Source: Scyliorhinus canicula
Taxonomy: Eukaryota
Reading direction: 5' to 3'
Length of the DNA: 64,000 nucleotides
Assembly (NCBI RefSeq): GCF_902713615.1
Contig: NC_052171.1
Coordinates: 3,348,001-3,412,000, forward strand
Below the pieces are notes generated by a model. The model was given only the letters and a program-made list of their open reading frames with translations. It was not told the DNA's origin and did no database searches. How positions within the stretch are numbered: the first letter of the stretch is position 1; each line of letters opens with the position of its first letter. The position numbers and the translations under genes were made by a program. Shown piece by piece: positions 25,641 through 36,979 of this stretch.

Positions 25641-26529
25641 TTTTCTTTCTAATCTGCACAAAGCAGAGCACTCCTCCTGCCCAGCAGTATCACCATGGAG
25701 CACCAGCCCAGACCTTGACGAGTACTGCCATATCCCGGTAACTTGGCAGAGTTCAGGATTTTAGACGGGGTGGGCGGGGAGGGGTTATATTATTAATACT
25801 GTATAAAGTTCATAAACCTAGTTATCACCCCATCTGACTCACAGTAAATCACTACATTCATTTACCTTTGTGTACTGAACTGTAAGACACTGATAAGCAT
25901 GTATTTTTCGTTCTCCCTTTCAGGATTTAATTTGTCAACAAAGCTACAAATCATAATAGAAATCTTAACCCAATCACAACCAGGACAGAGGGGACCTCAA
26001 ATAATTCCATTTTTGATACGGCACAGCCCGTGCTTTGTGACCCAGATCTTTAGTTTACAGGAGAAAAAAATCCTTCATCTAAAACAACTGAAAGGTCTAG
26101 ACCAATGGATTAGATTGAATGACCTCTGTCAAATTCTGGTGTAAACAAGTGCAGCGAGTTCCAGGATAGGTTATAATGCTTCAACTTCTCAGCCATGAAA
26201 ATAGTTAAGTCAGCATAAATGCTTGCGATTGTGGCTATTAGAACTTCGATTTATAGAATCTTTACAACACAGAAGAGGCCATTCTGCTAGTCCTGCCCAT
26301 GCTAACTCACGGCAAGAGCTTTTCCGGGAGCTCAGCAATTTCTTTCTCTTCAGGTGATTATTTAATTGCCTTTTGAAAGCCACAACTGAATCTGCCCCCA
26401 CCAGACTCAGGAAGCACATTCTAGATCTTAACTACTGACTACATTAAGAAAATTTCCCTCTGCATTGTCACCAGTCCTTCCTTTGCAAATCACCTTAAAT
26501 TGACATCCTCTTGTTCTCTCAACCCTTCT

Positions 26530-28422
26530 TTTTTTTAATAAACAATTTTATTGAGGTAGTTTTTGGCTTTGTAAACAGTTACAAACATCAATAGAAAGAA
26601 AGCAAAAAAGGCAAAAATGTGCAAACATCCATGTACTTTCAATACTTCAATCGTAACATACTGCACAAGCCCGCTCCTCTCCCCCCGGTACTACCCGCTA
26701 TTTTTTCCCTCCTACTCTACTCTACTCTACCCCCCTCCCCCCCCCCCTCACCCCCTGCTGACACTCACTCTCCCGCAAAGAAGTCAATAAATGGTTGCCA
26801 CCTCCGGGCGAACCCCTGTACAGATCCCCTCAAGGCGAACTTAATTTTTTCCATACCCAGGAAACTTGACATGTCCGCAAGCCACAACTCAGTCTTCGGG
26901 GGCTTTGAGTCCCTCCACGCCAATAGTATTCATCGCCGGGCTATCAGGGAAGCAAAGGCCAAAACATCGGCCTCTTTCTCCCCCTGGACTCCCGGGTCCT
27001 CCGAAACCCCAAAAATTGCCACCCCTGGGCTCATCACCACCCTTGTTTTTAGCACCCGGGACATGATCCCCGCAAATCCCTCCCAGTACCCCCTCAGCTT
27101 AGGGCATGCCCAAAACATGTGAACGTGGTTCGCTGGTCCTCCCGCGCACTTAGCGCATTTGTCCTCTATCCCAAAGAATTTGCTCATCCGAGCCACCGTC
27201 ATATGGGCCCGGTGAACGACCTTAAATTGAATCAGCCCGAGCCTAGCACATGTCGCGGTCGAATTTACCCTACTCAGGGCCTCTGCCCACAGCCCGTCCT
27301 CCATTTCCCCGCCTAGCTCCTCCTCCCGTTTAAGTTTCAGTTCCTCTGTCTGGGACCCTTCCTCCCTCATGAGCACCTTATAAATACCCAAGACTCTACC
27401 CTCCCCTTCTTCCCCCCTAGAGACTATTCTGTCTAGGATCCCCATTGGCGGGAGGCATGGGAAAGATGGGACCTGTCTACGAACAAAGTCCCGCAACTGT
27501 AGGTACCTAAAATCATTTCCCCTTACCAACCCAAATTTCTCCTCCAAGCTCCTCAAACTCGCAAAGCTCCCTTCCAGGAACATATCCCCCACCCTTCCCA
27601 CCCCTGCCCGCCGCCATACTCGGAACCCCCCATCCATACTCCCGGGGGCAAACCGATGGTTGTCGCAGATTGGCGCCCAGACAGACGCCCCCATCTCCCC
27701 CACATGCCTCCTCCACTGGCCCCATATCCGCAGGGTCGCCACCACTACCGGGCTGGTGATGAACTTGGCCAGCGGCAGCGGTAAAGGAGCCGTGACCAGG
27801 GCTGCCAAACTGGAGCCCCTACACGAAGCCGCCTCCACCCGCTCCCAAATAGACCCCGTACCCACCATCCACTTCCTTATCATAGCGATGTTGGCCGCCC
27901 AGTAATAATTAATCAGACTCGGCAAAGCCAGCCCTCCCTCGCTGCGGTTCCTCTCCAACATCGCCTTCTTCCCCGGCGGGAATTTCCCGCCCAAACAAAG
28001 CTCATGATCATCCTGTTAACTCTTTTGAAGAAGGACTGTGGGATAAAGATCGGGAGGCACTGAAAAATAAACAGAAATCTAGGGAGGATTGTCATCTTTA
28101 CAGTCTGCACCCTCCCTGCCAGCGACAGCGGGAGTGCATCCCATCTCCGAAACTCTCCCTTCATTTGCTCCACCACCCTGGCTAAATTTAACTTCTGCAG
28201 CCTGCCCCAGTCTCGTGCCACCTGGATTCCCAAATACCGGAAATTTTCCTCAACCAGCCTAAACGGTAGTCCTCTCAATCTGTTCTCCTGGCCCCTTGCC
28301 TGTACCACAAACATTTCACTCTTGGCCATATTTAATTTGTATCCTGAGAACTGGCCGAACCTCCTCAGCATTCCCAGTATACTTCCCATCCCGGCCACTG
28401 GGACCGACACGTACAGGAGCAG
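26530..28422 (-). mobile_element. 5'-truncated L1-clade LINE (3' half of ORF2, one frameshift, poly(A) tail)
   Basis: ORFs 27913..28410 and 26930..27994 carry L1 ORF2 motifs (FSGYKLN, FRYLGI, LPLSLAGR..KMTILPR, GGLALP, C..C...HMFWACP). A-tail with AATAAA at ~26530-26555. 17-bp TSD GTTCTCTCAACCCTTCT at 26513-26529 and 28423-28439. Confidence 0.93.
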
Positions 28423-28891
28423 GTTCTCTCAACCCTTCTGCCAGTGGCAAAAGTTTCTCTCAAGCTGTTCTTTCCAGATTCCTCATGATTTTCATCACCA
28501 GCATCAAATTTCCACTCGACCTTCTCTTCCTTCAGGAGAACAATCCAGTTTCTTCAATTGATCCTCATAACTTATCCCTGGAACTAGTCATGTTAACATT
28601 TACTGCACGTTTTCAAAAGCTCCTAAAGTCCAGTTGTCAGATTTGGACACAATAGTCCAGTTGAGACCAATCCATATATAGAGGTTCATCAGATCTTTCT
28701 TGCTTTATATTCCATTCCTCTGTTCATAAAGCCCAGAATCCCATTTGCTTTTTCACCATGTTCTTTTTAAAAAATAAATTTAGAGTACCCAATTGTATTT
28801 GCTCCAATTAAGGGGCAATTTAGCGTGGCCAATCCTCCTAATCTGCACATCTTTTGGGTTGTGGGGGTGAGACCCACACAGACACGGGGAG

Positions 28892-29145
28892 TGTGGCGCT
28901 AACAATTATACATAAAGCCGAGAGACAGGTACAATAGAGGCTTTATTCCTGTACGATGTTGTCCCTCCATCCGCAACTGTAGACTGAGGGACTGAGCAGC
29001 TCTCGTACATATTTATACATAAGCTCCCTGTGGGCGGAGCTAGCCGGCAGGGGCTGACCGGAGGAACCTGTATTACAGGTACAGGCATACATCCCCCTAC
29101 TGCAGTACACATGACTCACCTAACTACAGTGGTTATCTCACCACA
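28892..29145 (-). repeat. 3' LTR of Gypsy element
   Basis: Direct repeat of 33275-33528. The two 68-aa ORF translations spanning the LTRs are identical. Confidence 0.95.
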
Positions 29146-29258
29146 TTCACCCCCTGTAAAAATGAGTCCGGCGGGGGTGACATGTAACTGTAATATAAAA
29201 GAAAACTATTTACAAGAGGGTCCAACATAGAAAATCAAGAGTCCATCCGGTTAGCAGG

Positions 29259-32200
29259 TTACAGGTTGAGCCGAATCGGTGGTCGGACGTTCCGCTGTGA
29301 TCGGCGTAGCTGTGGTGGTGACGTCGGCACAGGCGGTGATGGCCCCGATTGTGCAGGTGCTGGCGGTGTTGGTGCTGGCAGCTGGCGGGAGGACTCCGAG
29401 AGCAAGCCGAAATCTTCCATGTCCTCCAGGGTGGGCAGGGGGATGAGGGATGGACCTGATGGGGACGAATAGGGGGGCGCTGGGGTTGGCGCAGGAAGGG
29501 GTGTGGGCATGGGATCGGCACCTGAGGGAGCCAGGTCCCGGAGCGAGACAGTGTCCTGGCGGCCGTCGGGGAACTCCACGTAGGCATACTGGGGGTTGGC
29601 GTGGAGAAGGCGTACCTTGTCCACCAGGGGTTCCGCCTTGTGGTGCCGGACATGCCTACGGAGAAGGACTGGGCCCGGAGTCGTGAGCCAGGTCGGGAGC
29701 GACACTCCGGATGTGGACTTCCTGGGGAAGGCAAAAACACGTTCATGGGGTGTACTGTTAGTTGCGGTGCACAGTAGCGACCGAATGGAATGGAGCGCAT
29801 CAGGGAGGACCTGCTGCCAGCGAGCGGCTGGGAGGTTCCTGGACCGTAGGGCCAGCTGGACGGCCCTCCATACCGTCCCGTTCTCCCTCTCTACCTGCCC
29901 GTTTCCCCGGGGGTTGTAGCTGGTCGTCCTGCTGGAGGCGATACCCCTGCTGAGCAGGAACTGACGCAGCTCATCGCTCATGAACGAGGATCCCCGGTCA
30001 CTGTGGATATAGTCGGGGAAACCGAACAGGGCAAAAATGGAATCCAGGGCTTTGATGACGGTGGCAGACGTCATATCCGGGCATGGGATGGCGAAGGGGA
30101 ACCTAGAAAACTCGTCGACCACACTAAGGATGTAGGTGTTGCGGTCGATGGAGGGAAGGGGCCCTTTGAAATCCACGCTGAGGCGTTCAAAGGGGCGGGA
30201 TGCTTTCACCAGGCGCGCGCGATCTGGCCGGTAGAAGTGCGGCTTGCACTCCGCACAGACCTGGCAGTCTCTGGTGACTGTCCGTACTTCCTCGACGGAG
30301 TAGGGCAGATTGCGGGCTTTGATCAGATGGTACAAGCGAGTGACCCCCGGGTGGCAAAGGCTGTTGTGCAAGGCACGGAGCTGGTTCACTTGTGCGCTGG
30401 CACATGTACCTCGGGAGAGGGCGTCTGGGGGCTCGTTGAGCTTGCCGGGGCGATACAAGATCTCGTAGTTAAAGGTGGAGAGCTCGATTCTCCACCGCAA
30501 GATTTTGTCGTTCTTGATCTTGCCCCGCTGCGTGTTGTTGAACATGAAGGCTACCGACCGTTGGTCAGTGAGGAGAGTGAATCTCCTGCCGGCCAGGTAA
30601 TGCCTCCAGTGCCGCACTGCTTCAACGATTGCCTGGGCCTCCTTTTCGACAGAGGAATGCCGAATTTCAGAGGCGTGGAGGGTGCGTGAAAAGAATGCCA
30701 CGGGTCTGCCGGCCTGATTTAGTGTGGCGGCAAGAGCGACATCTGAAGCGTCGCTCTCTACTTGGAATGGCAGAGTCTCGTCTACGGCGTGCATCCCCGC
30801 CTTGGCTATGTCAGATCGGATGCAGGCGAAGGCCTGTTGTGCCTCGGCCGAGAGGGGAAAATGTGTGGACTGGATAAGTGGCCGGGCCTTGTCTGCGTAT
30901 TGCGGGACCCACTGGGCGTAATAAGAGAAAAACCCAAGGCAGCGTTTGAGGGCCTTGGGGCAGTGGGGGAGCGGAAGCTCCATGAGGGGGCGCATGCGGT
31001 CGGGATCGGGCCCCAGTAGTCCGTTTTGGACTACGTAGCCAAGGATGGCTAAGCGGTCTGTGCGGAACACGCATTTCTCCTTGTTGTACGTGAGGTTCAG
31101 GAGAGACGCGGTGTGGAGGAATTTATGAAGGTTGGCATCATGGTCCTGCTGGCTATGGCCGCAGATGGTGACATTATCGAGGTACGGGAAGGTGGCCTGC
31201 AGCCCGTACCGGTCAACCATTCGATCCATTTCCCGCTGAAAGACCGAGACCCCATTCGTGACGCCGAAGGGAACCCTCAGAAATTGGTACAGACGACCGT
31301 CCGCCTCAAAGGCAGTGTAGGGACGGTCCGATTTACGGATGGGGAGCTGGTGGTAGGCGGATTTCAGGTCAATAGTAGAGAAGACCCGGTACTGTGCAAT
31401 CTGATTGACCATCTCAGAAATGCGGGGGAGGGGGTACGCGTCGAGCTGCGTGTACCGGTTGATGGTCTGGCTGTAGTCCACGACCATCCTGTGCTTCTCC
31501 CCAGTCTTAACCACTACCACCTGGGCTCTCCAAGGGCTGTTGCTGGCCTCGATGATACCCTCCCGAAGCAGCCGCTGGACTTCGGACCTGATGAAGGCCT
31601 TGTCCTGGGTGCTGTACCGTCTGCTCCTGGTGGCGACGGGCTTGCAATCCTCAGTCAGATTGGCAAAGAGGGAGGGAGGCTCGACCTTGAGGGTCGCGAG
31701 GCCGCAAACGGTGAGGGGAGGTAGGGGTCCGCCGAATTTGAGGGTGAGGCTCTGGAGATTGCACTGGAAATCCAGGCCTAGTAAGAGGGAAGTGCAGAGG
31801 TCGGGGAGAATGTACAGGCGGAAACGGTCGAAATCCACGCCCTGTACAGTGAGTTTAACCAGGCAGAAACCCCGGATAGGGACAGAGTGGGAACCGGAGG
31901 CAAGGGAGATCTGTCGGTCAGCGGGATGGACCGCAAGGGAGTAGCGCCTTACCGTGTCTGGGTGGACGAAGCTCTCGGTGCTCCCGGAGTCTATGAGGCA
32001 GGAGGTCACATGGCCGTTGACCAGCACCGATGTGGAAGAGGGTGCCAGGTTGCGAGGACGGGACTGGTCGAGCGTAACGGAGGCGAGCAGTGGCTGGTCG
32101 GCGATTGAGTCCGATGAGTCCGACGAGGAGCGGTAGCGACCCGTGTCCCGTGATGGCGGCCCCTGGAGTCTAGATGTCGGCATCCGCAGCACCTGTGGGT

Positions 32201-33245
32201 AAAATGGCGGCGTCCATGGAGCGCCCGTCATGGGGTCGGAACAAAATGGCGGCGCCCATGGAACGCACATGGCTGTGGTAGATGAAGATGGCGGCGCCCA
32301 TGGGGCGCACGTGGCGGGGGCGGCAAAAGATGGCGGCGCCCACTGATCGCACGTGGGGTCGGGAGAAGCGGACGGCGGGGCCCATTGGGGGAGCGGCTGA
32401 GGCGAGGGGACCTGCGGCGCGATAGCGGCGACCGTCCGGGACTGACACACCGCTGCAAAGTGGCCTTTCTTGCCACAAGCTTTGCAGGTCGCTGTGCGGG
32501 CCGGGCAGCGTTGGCGAGGGTGCTTCTGCTGACCGCAGAAGTAACAGTGGGGACCCCCAGGGGGTGCGGTGCGGCGGGCAGCGCAGGCATGGTGCGCGGG
32601 GGCGGCTGCTGGGGGGGCCGTTTGCGGGTTCCACGCGGGGTAGGACGGATGGGCCTGGGGGGCCGTTTGTGGGGTCCACGAGGGGTAGGACGGGTGGGCC
32701 GAGTGGCTGGCGGAGTAGGTTTGCGCACTACGGGAGGCGGCCGTCATGGAGAGTGCCAGGGCCTTTACGGCCGCGAGGTCGGGAGCGACCCCTTCCAGCA
32801 GTCGTTGCCGGATGGGGTCCGATGCAATGCCTGTGACAAAGGCATCGCGCATGATTAGATTAGAGTGCTCCGTGGCTGTGAGGGCCCGGCAGTCGCAGTC
32901 TCGTACCAGAGGTATAAGGGCCCTCCAGAAGTCCTCAATCGACTCACCCGGCTGCTGGCTGCGAGTAGCCAGTTGATGCCTCGCAAACAGGGTGTTCGTC
33001 GATGGTGCATAATTCTCCTTGAGCAGTTCGATAGCAGCGGTGTAGTCGGTCGCATCTCGAATGAGCGGAAAGACGCTGGAGCTCAGTCTGGAGTACAGGA
33101 GTTGCTTTTTCTGACCCTCCGTCGGGGGAGGGTGTGCTGAAGAGATGTAGGCCTCGAAGACTGCCAGCCAGTGATCAAAGTCTTTTCTGGCGTGAGGCGA
33201 GTGTGGATCCAGCTGCAGACGGTCAGGCTTGACTCTGATGTCCAT
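29259..33245 (-). CDS. Single-frame Gag-Pol polyprotein (1328 aa): Gag, protease, RT, RNase H, integrase
   Basis: Zinc knuckles CYFCGQQKHPRQRC and CKACGKKGHFAAVC; protease LIDSGS; RT DLKSAYHQ, PFG and YLDN; RNase H ESDASD and AFFSRTL; integrase HNSLCH..CQVC, VDFKG, SDRG, GQVERENG. Gypsy domain order, no stops. Confidence 0.96.
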   Translation of the reverse strand: MDIRVKPDRLQLDPHSPHARKDFDHWLAVFEAYISSAHPPPTEGQKKQLLYSRLSSSVFPLIRDATDYTAAIELLKENYAPSTNTLFARHQLATRSQQPGESIEDFWRALIPLVRDCDCRALTATEHSNLIMRDAFVTGIASDPIRQRLLEGVAPDLAAVKALALSMTAASRSAQTYSASHSAHPSYPSWTPQTAPQAHPSYPAWNPQTAPPAAAPAHHACAARRTAPPGGPHCYFCGQQKHPRQRCPARTATCKACGKKGHFAAVCQSRTVAAIAPQVPSPQPLPQWAPPSASPDPTCDQWAPPSFAAPATCAPWAPPSSSTTAMCVPWAPPFCSDPMTGAPWTPPFYPQVLRMPTSRLQGPPSRDTGRYRSSSDSSDSIADQPLLASVTLDQSRPRNLAPSSTSVLVNGHVTSCLIDSGSTESFVHPDTVRRYSLAVHPADRQISLASGSHSVPIRGFCLVKLTVQGVDFDRFRLYILPDLCTSLLLGLDFQCNLQSLTLKFGGPLPPLTVCGLATLKVEPPSLFANLTEDCKPVATRSRRYSTQDKAFIRSEVQRLLREGIIEASNSPWRAQVVVVKTGEKHRMVVDYSQTINRYTQLDAYPLPRISEMVNQIAQYRVFSTIDLKSAYHQLPIRKSDRPYTAFEADGRLYQFLRVPFGVTNGVSVFQREMDRMVDRYGLQATFPYLDNVTICGHSQQDHDANLHKFLHTASLLNLTYNKEKCVFRTDRLAILGYVVQNGLLGPDPDRMRPLMELPLPHCPKALKRCLGFFSYYAQWVPQYADKARPLIQSTHFPLSAEAQQAFACIRSDIAKAGMHAVDETLPFQVESDASDVALAATLNQAGRPVAFFSRTLHASEIRHSSVEKEAQAIVEAVRHWRHYLAGRRFTLLTDQRSVAFMFNNTQRGKIKNDKILRWRIELSTFNYEILYRPGKLNEPPDALSRGTCASAQVNQLRALHNSLCHPGVTRLYHLIKARNLPYSVEEVRTVTRDCQVCAECKPHFYRPDRARLVKASRPFERLSVDFKGPLPSIDRNTYILSVVDEFSRFPFAIPCPDMTSATVIKALDSIFALFGFPDYIHSDRGSSFMSDELRQFLLSRGIASSRTTSYNPRGNGQVERENGTVWRAVQLALRSRNLPAARWQQVLPDALHSIRSLLCTATNSTPHERVFAFPRKSTSGVSLPTWLTTPGPVLLRRHVRHHKAEPLVDKVRLLHANPQYAYVEFPDGRQDTVSLRDLAPSGADPMPTPLPAPTPAPPYSSPSGPSLIPLPTLEDMEDFGLLSESSRQLPAPTPPAPAQSGPSPPVPTSPPQLRRSQRNVRPPIRLNL

Positions 33246-33274
33246 GGTGACTGGGAAATCGTACAGGAATAAAT

Positions 33275-33528
33275 TGTGGCGCTAACAATTATACATAAAG
33301 CCGAGAGACAGGTACAATAGAGGCTTTATTCCTGTACGATGTTGTCCCTCCATCCGCAACTGTAGACTGAGGGACTGAGCAGCTCTCGTACATATTTATA
33401 CATAAGCTCCCTGTGGGCGGAGCTAGCCGGCAGGGGCTGACCGGAGGAACCTGTATTACAGGTACAGGCATACATCCCCCTACTGCAGTACACATGACTC
33501 ACCTAACTACAGTGGTTATCTCACCACA
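33275..33528 (-). repeat. 5' LTR of Gypsy element
   Basis: 254 bp. Minus-strand TATAAATA (33400-33393), Inr-like CTCAGTC (~33370), AATAAA (33330-33325). Confidence 0.95.
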
Positions 33529-33639
33529 GGGAGAATGTGCAAACTCCACACAGACAGTGACCCAGGGCTGGGATTAGAACCCGGGTCCTCAGCGCCGCAG
33601 ACCCAGTGCTAACCACTGCACCACATGCTGCCCTTTTTT

Positions 33640-36230
33640 CCACCATGTTCTGAATCTGTCACCTTCATTGACTTGTGCACATAACCCCCCACCCCGCCCC
33701 AGATCTCTTTGTTTCTGCACCCCCTTTTGAATTGCATGTTTCTAATTATATTGCTTCGGCTTGGCCTAACCAGAATTAAACTCTTGACATTTCTTTGTAT
33801 TAAATTTCATCTGTCACGTGTCCACCCTTACCACCAGCCTGCCCATGTTTCCTTTAAATCTCTTGTTATCCTTGTCACCATTCACAACCTCGTGTTGTCC
33901 TCTGCACACAGTACAAATATTGAAAATGTGCCCTGATCACCCAAGTCGAGCTCACTAATATAAATTAAGAAAAGCAGTGGTCCCCAGTAAATTGCAATCC
34001 ACCTTCCTCCAGTCCAGAATTCAACTGATCAGCACTACTCTTATTACCTGCCACTGAGTCAACTTTGTATTCATATTACCAGATGACCCTGATCAACCCT
34101 CTGTTACCTCATCAAAAAAGAAATGTGTTTAACAAATCCATGCTGCCTTTTCTTCATGAGCCCACACATATCCAAATGATTTTGTCCTTTCTCAAAGCTA
34201 ACCTCATGTCAAGGTTAAATTGACTGGTGGGCAGTTTCTTGGTTTATCCTTTCCCACCAAGGCTGACAATTCTCTAGTCCCGTCACACAATTCCTGTACC
34301 TAAGAAGAACTGGAAGTTTGTGGCCAGCACCTCCACATTTGCTGACTTCCCTCAGTATCCGCAGATACATTTTGATCTGGTTCTGGTGATCTGTCAAGTG
34401 CAGCCAGCCTTTCTGTTGTTTGCTTTTAAATAAATTTAGAGTACCCAATATTTTTTTCTCCAATTAGGGGGCAATTTAGCATGGCCAATCCATCTACCCT
34501 GCACATCTTTCGGTTGTGGGGGCGAAACCCACGCAGACACGGGGAAATTCCACATGGCCAGGATCGAACCTGGGTCCTTTGCACTGTGAGGCAGCAGTGC
34601 TAACCACTGTGCCATCATGCTTCTGTCTCCTTTTTTTTTGCCAATTGTTAGCCCATCCAGTATCTCAGATAGAATATCTCTGCCTCTTCTATTCGGACTT
34701 CAGTAGTGTCTGCTTCCTTGAGAAAGATAAATGCAAAGAACTCTTTTGATACCTCAGTTAAGTCCTTGTCTCCTTGCATTTGTCCCCTCTTTGGTCCCAA
34801 AATTGGCCCAATGCTCCACCTACGATCTTACCATGTATATGCCTGCAGTGCAGAAGGAGGCCATTCGGCCCATTGAGTCTGCACTGACCCACTTTAAGCC
34901 CTCACTCCAATCCTATCCCCGTAACCCAATAACCCCATCTAATCTTTTTGGACACTAAGGGCAATTGAGCATGTCCAATCCACCTAACCTGCGCACCCGG
35001 ATGAAACACACGAGACACGGGAGAACGTACAGACTCTGCACAGACAGTGACGCAGCGGGGAATCGAACCTGGGACCCTGGCACTGTGAAGCCACAGTGCT
35101 AACCATTGTGCTACCGTGCTGCCGCAAACTTTTGGATTCCCTTTTATGTTAGCTGCCAATCTCTCCTCATACTCAATCTTTGGTTCTTCTTTTCTTTTTT
35201 ACTTCCCCCCTCCCCTCCAAACTTCTTATCTTTAGCCTAGTTCTCATTTGTATTACCAAGCTGACATCTGTCACAGTCCTCTCTTTTCCACTTCATCTCA
35301 TTCATCATCTGGGTAACTCTGGCTTTGGTTGTCATACCTCCCCATCCCCCTTGTGGGAAAGCACCTCAATTGTACTGAACCATCTTCTTTTTAAAGGTAG
35401 CCCATTGTTCCCTTTACTGTTTTGTCTGCTGATCTTTGATTGCAATTTACTCGGGACAGATTCATTCTCATCACACTGAAATTGGCCCTCCTCTAATGAA
35501 GTATTTTTACTCTAGATGGCTCCTGGTCCTTTTCCATAATTTAAAAAAAAAAAATTTAGATTACCCAATTATTTTTTCCAATTAAGGGGCAATTTAGCAT
35601 GGCCAATCCACCTACTCTGCACATTTTTGGGTTGTGGGGGGCGAAACCCACGCAGACACGGGGAGAATGTGCAAACTCCACACGGACAGTGACCCAGAGC
35701 CGGGATCGAACCTGGGACCTAAGCGCCGTGAGGCAGCTGTGCTAACCACTAGGCCACTGTGTTGCCCCCTTTTCCATAAATAACTGAAACCACATGATAC
35801 TATCATCACTGTTTCTTAAATATTCCCAACTGACAGCTGATCCATCTCATTCACCTGAATCCTCAATTTATTCTTCCACATTGTGCAGGAAACATGCTGA
35901 CAGATAAAATGATTCTGAATGCACTTCAGAAACTTTTATTCTTCTCTGCCTTTTACACTATCCAAGTCTAAAGTGAGATAACTACATTTACGGCTCTACA
36001 CTTTTCCCATCTGTCTGTAATTCCCTTCCTGACATCTTTCTTGTTGCATTGCATTTGGAATATACCCGGGGCAGAATGGCACCAAGAATGTTTCTTAACT
36101 CTAACCAAATAGATTCTGACACTGACCCCTGCAGAACATCTTCCCTCTTCAGCACTGTGATATTCTCCTTAACCAATATTGACATCCCTCCTCCTTTCTT
36201 TCCTTCCCGATCTTTCCTGAACACCTTGGG
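33640..36230 (-). mobile_element. Decayed CR1-clade LINE fragments with nested SINEs
   Basis: Endonuclease-region remnant VFRKDREGKKGGGMSILVKENI...ESIWLELRN (ORF 35988..36392). Continues the remnant flanking the L1 and Gypsy insertions (~26230-26512, ~28440-28760). Confidence 0.7.
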
Positions 36231-36979
36231 AAGCACTTTCCCATCCCACCTGTGGTGGGTTTCAGCAGAGCATCGAGTGGCGGGCGAAAGGTCGGAAACC
36301 TGCCTGTGTAAAAACAGTTTGCAATTCTCCCATTGGCGGGTTAATACCGGGTTGGCTCTTCCACTGCTTCGTGGTTTGAATGCTATTTGCATTCATCTAC
36401 ATCTCATGAATGCTCATTAAAGTAGCTACTCGCTGGAATCTCCGCATGCCTTCCAACCTGGGGTTTCTTAGTGTAGCACATTAGGGATGGTCTGCATGAA
36501 GACTCAGGAGTTGGCAGGATATGGCTTGGGGGAGGCACTGTTGTCCTTTGCCCTCTGTGAAGCCTTTGGTCTGGGTGGACGTAGAAAGGATGTTTCCTCT
36601 TGTGGTTGAGTCCAGAACGAGTGGGCACAGATTTCAAATTGAGGGTTGCCCTTTGAGGACAGAGGAGAATTCTTTTCTCAGAGGGTTGTGCGACTTTGGA
36701 ACTCTGTCTCAGAAGGAGGGGGAAGCAGGGCCAGTGAATATTTTTAAGGGTGATAGATTCTTGTGAGGCAAGGGAATCAAAGGTCACTGGAAGTAGGCAG
36801 GGAAATGTGGAACTCAACACAAACAGATCTTATTGAAAGGCAGAGCAGGTTCAGGGACCAAATAGAGTACTCCTGCTCTTATTTTGTATGCTTCACAAAA
36901 TATATTTACAATGATAGCGCACCCATGAACCAGAGATACATTAAAATCTTTCCAAACCCTTCCACTATGCCTTGGTGCA

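Larger units (their letters stand above)
28892..33528 (-). mobile_element. Full-length Ty3/Gypsy (Mag/SURL-like) LTR retrotransposon, very recent insertion
   Basis: Two 254-bp LTRs (TGTGG...CCACA) that look identical by eye. 5-bp TSD GGGAG (28887-28891 and 33529-33533). PPT AGGGGGTGAA next to the 3' LTR. Splits a SINE into two halves. Confidence 0.97.

Noticed and set aside
29266-33140. Many plus-strand and alternative-frame ORFs within the Gypsy element
   Set aside because: Shadow ORFs of a GC-rich gag-pol; no env-like or other motifs.
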